Positions 7,051 to 12,423 of a stretch of DNA of 12,423 nt are shown here, piece after piece; within the stretch, counting starts at the first letter, position 1; every line of letters starts with the position of its first letter. This stretch comes from a virus, in UHGV virus genome UHGV-1781828; one strand, given 5' to 3'. The notes beneath the pieces are model-generated. The model searched no databases and had not been told where the DNA came from. It saw nothing but the letters and a program-made list of their open reading frames with translations. Both the position numbers and the translations under genes were made by a program.

Positions 7051-7239
7051 ATGCATAAATGTCAGTTCTGTGGATACATGTTTGAATCAAATGAAATGCA
7101 ACGTATTTCGTTAAACCTTATCGGTAGGCCATACAACATTTGCCTAGGATGTAGCGAGAAATACAAAAACAAAGACATGTGGGACGACAATAAAAACGAT
7201 ATCGACTGGAATAAAGTGCCATGTATTGATGATAGTTAA
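7051..7239 (+). CDS. Small Cys4 zinc-ribbon-like protein (62 aa), hypothetical
   Basis: Track ORF with GAGGGG Shine-Dalgarno 6 nt upstream. Two CxxC pairs (CQFC ... CLGC). AT-rich. Occupies the lambda ral position immediately after N. Confidence 0.5.
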   Translation: MHKCQFCGYMFESNEMQRISLNLIGRPYNICLGCSEKYKNKDMWDDNKNDIDWNKVPCIDDS

Positions 7240-7319
7240 AAATAATTATGCCGCATAGTCGGCCTTCTTTTGGCATAAACAACAGAATAAACACTGCACT
7301 GAATTATTTGAGGTGAGAT

Positions 7320-7790
7320 ATGACAAAATCATGGAGCGTACCTTTTCCTGAATCAGAAACTGAACATGATGGAATGCCTGTTTTCTGGAGATTCCAAGCG
7401 ACAGTTGAAGAAGATGGAATCAAAATATTCGCACTTCAATATATAGCTTTTCATCAGACAGAGCATTATGCATGGTTGGTTCCTGCGCATTGGATTGTTA
7501 ATTTTAAACCAGCACCAAATCAGTGGTTACAGGAATGGAAACAAAGGAGAAATAGATATGCAATTAAGAAAGTAGCAAAAAATGCAGAAAGATCTTTTGC
7601 GTTCCCGACGAAGAAACTTGCCATTGAAAGTTTATTGCGCCGGAAGAAATACCATTTGATGAGAATCAAACAAGATTTGGCTGTTGTATCAACTCTTGTT
7701 GATGGGATGAAGAATATTGATACATCAACACCAGATATTGAATATAACTTTGGACACAACCAAGAAACAGAAAATTGGGTGTTTTATTAG
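7320..7790 (+). CDS. Hypothetical protein (156 aa)
   Basis: Track ORF with GAGGTG Shine-Dalgarno; the RBS context is nearly identical to that of the preceding gene (gaggtgagatATG). AT-rich. No recognisable domain. Confidence 0.55.
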   Translation: MTKSWSVPFPESETEHDGMPVFWRFQATVEEDGIKIFALQYIAFHQTEHYAWLVPAHWIVNFKPAPNQWLQEWKQRRNRYAIKKVAKNAERSFAFPTKKLAIESLLRRKKYHLMRIKQDLAVVSTLVDGMKNIDTSTPDIEYNFGHNQETENWVFY

Positions 7791-7892
7791 TATGAATAAG
7801 CACTGTGTATTCATTCCAACGAGTGAATACACGGAGCAATGTCGCTCGTAACTAAACAGGAGCCGACTTGTTCTGATTATTGGAAATATTCT

Positions 7893-7921
7893 TTGCCCTC
7901 CAGTGTGAGGGCAATTTTTTT
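7893..7921 (+). terminator. Rho-independent terminator in the PL operon
   Basis: TTGCCCTC-cagtgt-GAGGGCAA (8-bp stem, 6-nt loop) followed by seven T residues. Confidence 0.7.
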
Positions 7922-7933
7922 GACGGAGGATAT

Positions 7934-8671
7934 ATGAGTGAAGTAACAGATTTAGTTGTTATTGAAAAAGCAAATGCAATGACTGTATTTCAGTCTGCCG
8001 ACCAGATTGAAGAAATCCTTCAAAAGGTTGAACGTGAAGTTATGTCCTTTGTGCCTGATATCACAACGGCAAAGGGCAGAAAGGAGATCGCTTCTCTGGC
8101 GTATAAAGTTGCGCAGACGAAAACATATCTCGATGGTCTTGGAAAAGACCTTGTTGCTGAACTGAAGGAAATTCCAAAGCTAATTGATGCCAACCGCAAG
8201 ACAGTGCGTGATCGCCTTGATGAGCTGAAATCCAAGGCACGCCAGCCTCTTACTGATTATGAGGAGGAACAGGCACGGATTAAAGCCGAAGAAGAAGCTA
8301 AGGCCGCAGCGGAACGTGCAGAGCGTGAACGTATTGAAGCCGAGCAACGAGCACAGCGCGAAGCAAAAGAGGCAGCAGAACGAGCTGAAAGAGAAAAGCA
8401 GGCGGCAATTGAAGCAGAACGCCGAAAAGCACAGGAGGAGGCTGAACGAATCCGGCGCGAGGCTGAAGCAAAAGAGCAAGCCAGAATAGCAGAAGAAAAA
8501 AGAATCAAGGAAGAAGAAGAGTGTAGAGCAAAGGATAAAGCTCACCGGAAAGAAGTAAATAACAAAATACTTGCTGACCTTATCAAGGTTGGCGCATCAG
8601 AAGATGTTGCTAAAAATATCATAACAGCCATCGTAAAAGGCGAAGTATTCGCAACAAAAATAACCTACTAA
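7934..8671 (+). CDS. Hypothetical protein with a long E/R/A/K-rich coiled-coil repeat region (245 aa)
   Basis: Start set at ATG 7934 (MSEVTDLVVIEK...), which has a GGAGGA Shine-Dalgarno and lies just after the terminator. The track start at 7880 would put the terminator inside the gene. The central region is a low-complexity charged repeat (AEEEAKAAAERAERERIEAEQRAQREAKEAAERAEREKQAAIEAERRKAQEEAERIRREAEAKEQARIAEEKRIKEEEE). Confidence 0.6.
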   Translation: MSEVTDLVVIEKANAMTVFQSADQIEEILQKVEREVMSFVPDITTAKGRKEIASLAYKVAQTKTYLDGLGKDLVAELKEIPKLIDANRKTVRDRLDELKSKARQPLTDYEEEQARIKAEEEAKAAAERAERERIEAEQRAQREAKEAAERAEREKQAAIEAERRKAQEEAERIRREAEAKEQARIAEEKRIKEEEECRAKDKAHRKEVNNKILADLIKVGASEDVAKNIITAIVKGEVFATKITY

Positions 8672-8695
8672 TAAAACCAACATAAGGAACCACCC

Positions 8696-8827
8696 ATGAT
8701 TTACGCAATCGCGGGAGGCGCTCGCATGGGTGCCTTCCAATTAAATGAATCTTTACTTGAACGAATCACCCGTAAATTACGTGACGGATGGAAAAGAGTT
8801 GAGGTCTTATTATGCGCAATGAAATAG
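8696..8827 (+). CDS. cIII: CIII-like protein (43 aa; FtsH-inhibitor family)
   Basis: Own translation MIYAIAGGARMGAFQLNESLLERITRKLRDGWKRVEVLLCAMK. The core ESLLERITRKLRDGWKR matches the conserved lambda CIII helix as recalled. AAGGA Shine-Dalgarno. Below the track cut-off. Confidence 0.7.
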   Translation: MIYAIAGGARMGAFQLNESLLERITRKLRDGWKRVEVLLCAMK

Positions 8828-8964
8828 CCATCAATCACCAGATGCTTCGTGCTGCACAGAACAAAGCAGTAATAGCCAGATTTATTGGTGATTCAAAAAT
8901 GTGGCTTGAAGCAAATAAAGCGATGAAATCAGCTATCAACCTTCCGTGGTATCGCAGGAAATGA
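8812..8964 (+). CDS. Small protein (50 aa), possibly Kil-like
   Basis: Own translation MRNEIAINHQMLRAAQNKAVIARFIGDSKMWLEANKAMKSAINLPWYRRK. Sits immediately after cIII, as kil does in lambda. The motif IARFIGDSKM resembles my recollection of Kil/KilR; the assignment is tentative. GAGGT Shine-Dalgarno. Confidence 0.45.
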   Translation: MRNEIAINHQMLRAAQNKAVIARFIGDSKMWLEANKAMKSAINLPWYRRK

Positions 8965-9068
8965 GTTTTACGGATAACTGGTCAGACGAAGAATTCATTC
9001 GTCAGATGAACAAAATGCTCAATCAGCACAAAGAACAGGAGAAAGATGATGATTCTGACTCTGAATGA
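8961..9068 (+). CDS. Very small acidic ORF (35 aa), uncertain
   Basis: Own translation MSFTDNWSDEEFIRQMNKMLNQHKEQEKDDDSDSE. ATGA overlap with the preceding gene. Overlaps the start of the next ORF by 23 nt in another frame. May not be expressed. Confidence 0.2.
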   Translation: MSFTDNWSDEEFIRQMNKMLNQHKEQEKDDDSDSE

Positions 9069-9357
9069 TAAGCGTGAAATATCGCAAATAATCGCAAGTT
9101 TTACTGATGAAGATTACGAGCGAATCAACAGTGAAGTTGATCGCCTCTGCAAACGTTGCGACCCAATAAGCGAAATGCTTCGCTCATATAAACCAGATGA
9201 ACACACTAAGGACGCTATCGACTGGCTGGAAGATGATGACTGTAACTATCAGGAAAAAGCCGCTGAATGGTTCTGGGATGCAATAACCGAAAGAGTTAAG
9301 GCTGAATATGCCTTCGCAATATTTAAACGCAGACACATTTTTGGAGAAGCAGCATGA
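9046..9357 (+). CDS. Hypothetical acidic protein (103 aa) immediately upstream of recT
   Basis: Track ORF with AGGAGAAAG Shine-Dalgarno. Its stop overlaps the recT start (ATGA). Acidic composition (many D/E residues), no recognised domain. Confidence 0.55.
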   Translation: MMILTLNDKREISQIIASFTDEDYERINSEVDRLCKRCDPISEMLRSYKPDEHTKDAIDWLEDDDCNYQEKAAEWFWDAITERVKAEYAFAIFKRRHIFGEAA

Positions 9358-10265
9358 GCAATATCGTTGAATTCGTTAAACAGCAGGAGCAGTTATTCTG
9401 CGGAGCATTGACTGAACAGACGGTGACATGGGCTAAGGAAAGCCAGTTTGCAATTCAGTATTTCCAGAAAAACGATTACCTGGCTAAAACGGCACTGGCA
9501 AATCCAACCAGCGCACAGAACGCCATCATCAATGTTGCGGCGATCGGCATCACCTTAAACCCGGCCAGCAAACTGGCTTATCTGGTTCCGCGCGACGGCA
9601 TGGTTTGCCTTGATATCAGTTATATGGGATTGCTCCATATTGCAATGGAGTCTGGTGTTATCTCATGGGGTCAGGCAAAACTTGTTCATGCTAACGATAC
9701 CTATGAGTCAAACGGGCTTGATAAAGCACCAACCCATAAATACAACGCCTTCGGTGATCGTGGTGATATCGTTGGCGTTTACTGCACAGTTAAGACGCCA
9801 GCAGGTGATTATCTAACGGAAGAGATGAGTCTGGCTGAAATTGAGGCTGTAAGGAAAACAAGCAAGGCAGCATTCAGTGATAAAGGACCATGGGTAAATC
9901 ACTGGAATGAGATGGCGCGAAAGACGGTCGTAAAGCGTGCAAGCAAGTATTGGCCTAAGGCATCACGTCTTGATAGTGCTATTCACGTACTAAACGAAGA
10001 AGAAGGTGTGTGGACTGAACCAGTTATGCCGCACAAATCAGAGGAAGATATCCGCGAAGATGAACGGAAACTCCAGCAGGAAATTATGGAAAAAGCACAA
10101 CTTCTTTGTGATGAAATGGCTCAGGCAGAAAACATGGATGATTTGAAGCGATATTTTTCAGAAGCATATCGCCTGACATCTGGAATGAAATTGCAGCAGA
10201 ACGTACAAGCCATATACATAGAATGCAAAGCGAAACTGGAGGTTGCCAGTGAGCAAACTGTATGA
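9354..10265 (+). CDS. recT: RecT-family single-strand annealing recombinase (303 aa)
   Basis: Track ORF. The region GPWVNHWNEMARKTVVKRASKYWP resembles the conserved block of E. coli Rac RecT (GPWVTHWEEMAKKTAIRRLFKYLP as recalled). Located in the PL operon at the bet-equivalent position. Confidence 0.85.
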   Translation: MSNIVEFVKQQEQLFCGALTEQTVTWAKESQFAIQYFQKNDYLAKTALANPTSAQNAIINVAAIGITLNPASKLAYLVPRDGMVCLDISYMGLLHIAMESGVISWGQAKLVHANDTYESNGLDKAPTHKYNAFGDRGDIVGVYCTVKTPAGDYLTEEMSLAEIEAVRKTSKAAFSDKGPWVNHWNEMARKTVVKRASKYWPKASRLDSAIHVLNEEEGVWTEPVMPHKSEEDIREDERKLQQEIMEKAQLLCDEMAQAENMDDLKRYFSEAYRLTSGMKLQQNVQAIYIECKAKLEVASEQTV

Positions 10266-10731
10266 AATTGCCAATGAATACGCAAAATTGATGGATTCAG
10301 ATTTAGAACCAGAGATGATTGCTGACACAATAGAAGGCATGGAAGGAGAATTTACCGATAAAATAGAGCAACTTCTTTCCGTCATTAAAAATGAATCTGG
10401 TTATGCTGAACGCCTCAAGGAAGAGGCAAAGTCACTGAATGAGCGAGCCGCAGTAATCCAAAATAAGATTGACAGCATCAAATCATATATAGCGTCATCG
10501 CTTGAAATGGTTGGCAAGAAAAATATTCGAGCAGGTATTCACCAGGTAACAATCCGCAAACCGTCAGAAATTGTAGAAATAATCGACTCAAGCGCCCTTC
10601 CTCCTGAATACGTTGAGTTTGAAACGACAATTAAAGCCGACAAACTGGCAATCAAACACCAACTAAAAGCAGGAATAAATATCCCCGGCGCTCAACTCAA
10701 AGTTGGGAAACCTTCACTTCTTATCAAATAA
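10249..10731 (+). CDS. Hypothetical protein, possibly Siphovirus Gp157-like (160 aa)
   Basis: Start set at GTG 10249, which has a GGAGG Shine-Dalgarno 6 nt upstream and overlaps the recT 3' end. The family assignment is from overall helical character and its position next to the recombinase, and is tentative. Confidence 0.55.
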   Translation: MSKLYEIANEYAKLMDSDLEPEMIADTIEGMEGEFTDKIEQLLSVIKNESGYAERLKEEAKSLNERAAVIQNKIDSIKSYIASSLEMVGKKNIRAGIHQVTIRKPSEIVEIIDSSALPPEYVEFETTIKADKLAIKHQLKAGINIPGAQLKVGKPSLLIK

Positions 10732-10742
10732 CGGTATCGCCT

Positions 10743-11057
10743 ATGAAAAAGACTCCATGGGAGAAATGGGAAGTCGATTTCTTGCGCGAAGTAGCGGCGA
10801 CAATGCCAGTTGAAGTTATCGCTGAAAAACTGGAAAGGACTGAAAAAGCAGTAATGGCGAAAGCAACAAGGATTGGAGCTGACATTGTTAGCCGACTTCG
10901 TGGAAGACGATGGACAAGAGCCGAAGTATCACTTTTCGGTAAGTTCTCCGCAGAAGAAATAGCAATTGCAACCTGCCGCTCAATTTATTCAGTAAGAGCT
11001 ATGCGATACAAGCTAAAAAAACTCGATGAAGAAAGAGCAGGCATACGAATAAATTAA
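10743..11057 (+). CDS. Hypothetical protein (104 aa)
   Basis: Track ORF with a weak RBS. Contains two similar segments ([25 protein letters not shown]... and [25 protein letters not shown]...), suggesting an internal duplication. Confidence 0.5.
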   Translation: MKKTPWEKWEVDFLREVAATMPVEVIAEKLERTEKAVMAKATRIGADIVSRLRGRRWTRAEVSLFGKFSAEEIAIATCRSIYSVRAMRYKLKKLDEERAGIRIN

Positions 11058-11073
11058 CAAAGAGGAATTTACC

Positions 11074-11241
11074 ATGAGAGGACTTGCATACAATCCCGGC
11101 ATTCTTCCGGCAGAAATGATTATTCGCCAACGCGTAAAGCCAATGCCATCGAGAGAGGAATTGCTTAAGAGAAAGAGTTTCGGTTCTGTTAATGACAACA
11201 AATATCTGAATGCGATGTGGCGCAAAGGAGGCAACCAGTGA
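11074..11241 (+). CDS. Small ORF (55 aa), hypothetical
   Basis: Own translation [61 protein letters not shown] Shine-Dalgarno. Its stop overlaps the GTG start of the next gene (GTGA). Confidence 0.3.
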   Translation: MRGLAYNPGILPAEMIIRQRVKPMPSREELLKRKSFGSVNDNKYLNAMWRKGGNQ

Positions 11242-11882
11242 GCAAGATTGACTATCAGGTACTGCGTGAGGCAGCAGTAGCAATTGAAACAGTAGCAACA
11301 CCTCAAAAATTGCTGGCATTTCGTATGAAAGTCACACCTCAGGTTGTGCTGGCTCTACTGGATGAACGAGATGCATTAAATGAACGCCTAGCCGAACTGG
11401 AGGCTGATTTAGCAGGGCTGGCCGAAGACCACCAGAAAGCGACTGAGTCAATTAAGCAGGCTGATGCAGCTGTTAAGTTGGCACACGAGAAGTTTTCGGC
11501 GCTGGCGGCGGAGAATGCGATGTTGAAGCAACGGACACAGCAACTTATCGACATCATTAGTAATACTGACAATGACTACTGCATGTGTGGTTCTGCTATG
11601 AAAGACCACGTGCACAGCGGATGTGGTTATCCTACTGGCATGTTCGATTATTACTACAACCAGTGGCTGGAGTCAGATAACAAAACCCCAGCCACCGACG
11701 CTTTCCTGGCTGAAGTGCGGGCGCATGACCTCAACGCTTTCATTCGGCATCACAGTGCAGAACTGGATGCGCATATTAAAAACGGTGGTGAGCAGTTCGA
11801 CGAAAAATCAGTACGCATCAGAGACATCATCGTCTCAGCCCGCTTGTTCAGGGAGCAGATTCGCAAAGGAGTGCAGTCATGA
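11238..11882 (+). CDS. Hypothetical protein with N-terminal coiled coil and Cys/His-rich C-terminal part (214 aa), possibly Ea22-like
   Basis: Start set at GTG 11238 ([13 protein letters not shown]...), which has an AGGAGG Shine-Dalgarno 6 nt upstream. Coiled-coil segment ([28 protein letters not shown]). C-terminal part contains [20 protein letters not shown]. Family assignment is from memory and tentative. Confidence 0.5.
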   Translation: MSKIDYQVLREAAVAIETVATPQKLLAFRMKVTPQVVLALLDERDALNERLAELEADLAGLAEDHQKATESIKQADAAVKLAHEKFSALAAENAMLKQRTQQLIDIISNTDNDYCMCGSAMKDHVHSGCGYPTGMFDYYYNQWLESDNKTPATDAFLAEVRAHDLNAFIRHHSAELDAHIKNGGEQFDEKSVRIRDIIVSARLFREQIRKGVQS

Positions 11883-12151
11883 GAAAATCATACATCGTTA
11901 TTCAGCAGTACTGGTGGTGCAACGAGAAAGGCCATGGAGTTGAATACACGACAGACGGCGTTGACTTCGATAAGCGCGATAAGGCAATCAAGCATGGTCT
12001 GAAAACACAAGGTAGTGATGATTTCAACATCGGCGTTATCGAAGGCGGTAAGCTTGTTTCCTTCGACTGGATGAATGAGCCAGTGGGTGAAAGTGCAGAG
12101 ACACTTGCTGAAATTGCAGAAGCCATCGGTTACGAAGGAACCGCCCAATGA
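11879..12151 (+). CDS. Hypothetical protein (90 aa)
   Basis: Track ORF. ATGA overlap with the upstream gene and with the downstream gene. No recognised motif. Confidence 0.5.
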   Translation: MRKSYIVIQQYWWCNEKGHGVEYTTDGVDFDKRDKAIKHGLKTQGSDDFNIGVIEGGKLVSFDWMNEPVGESAETLAEIAEAIGYEGTAQ

Positions 12152-12423
12152 GCAACATCGACAAACAGGCGTTAAATCAAGAAAAAATTGAATGGCTCAA
12201 TAAATTAGCTGATATGGAGTATTGCAAAAGCAATCCTGGGCATTGGCTGATGAGCTTGAAGGATACAAACATGCTTGCGAAATTGGCTCTGCGCTCAGTG
12301 GCGCTGCTGGATGAGCTGGAAGCCGCAGAGAAGCGTATTGCTAAACTGGAAGCGAAGCTCGATAGCGCAGATAAATTGCAAGATAGCGCATTTCGTCATG
12401 GTCTTCAGCATGGCTTCAGTTTA
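12148..12423 (+). CDS. Hypothetical protein, partial (3' end beyond window); N-terminus similar to the 11238-11882 protein
   Basis: Own translation from ATG 12148: MSNIDKQALNQEKIEWLNKLADMEYCKSNPGHWLMSLKDTNMLAKLALRSVALLDELEAAEKRIAKLEAKL..., open to the window end. Its N-terminus (MSNIDKQAL) parallels MSKIDYQVL of the upstream gene. Confidence 0.5.
   Translation, partial: MSNIDKQALNQEKIEWLNKLADMEYCKSNPGHWLMSLKDTNMLAKLALRSVALLDELEAAEKRIAKLEAKLDSADKLQDSAFRHGLQHGFSL

Noticed and set aside
7520-7759. 79-aa minus-strand ORF within the 156-aa gene
   Set aside because: It is antisense to a gene with a good RBS and has no independent expression signals.
8020-8545. Several long ORFs (71-121 aa) antisense or in alternative frames within the coiled-coil gene
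   Set aside because: They are artefacts of the purine-rich repeat: low-complexity S/A/R or F/L/C-rich translations, with no RBS.
7934-8671. TolA-like assignment for the coiled-coil protein
   Set aside because: The resemblance is confined to the E/A/K/R low-complexity repeat, which produces spurious similarity. There is no TolA-like N-terminal membrane anchor or C-terminal domain.
10999-11319. Minus-strand ORFs 10999-11319 and 11013-11306
   Set aside because: They are antisense to the tightly coupled plus-strand genes of the PL operon, with hydrophobic low-complexity translations and no RBS.

Overview
This window is the early-control, replication and recombination region of a mosaic lambdoid prophage (enterobacterial), in reverse orientation to the usual lambda map. 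A lambda-type immunity core (OL/PL, cI, OR/PR/PRM, cro) is embedded between P22-type modules. Leftward on the minus strand run cro, a CII-like gene with an antisense oop-like RNA, an O-like initiator with internal ori iterons, a DnaB-family helicase, a tR2-like terminator, and ninB/ninE. Rightward on the plus strand run cI, a two-gene AT-rich cassette in the position lambda uses for rexAB, PL, a P22-type nutL and N-like antiterminator, two AT-rich unknown genes, a terminator, a coiled-coil protein, cIII-like and kil-like genes, RecT, a Gp157-like protein and Ea22-like genes. The strongest candidate for an undescribed system is the two-gene cassette at 5218-6011 that replaces rexAB; a second candidate is the gene pair at 7051-7790 just downstream of N. 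Positions 1-21 are an exact Illumina adapter sequence, so the left edge is a technical artefact. All homology calls are from recalled sequences and motif recognition, not from searches.
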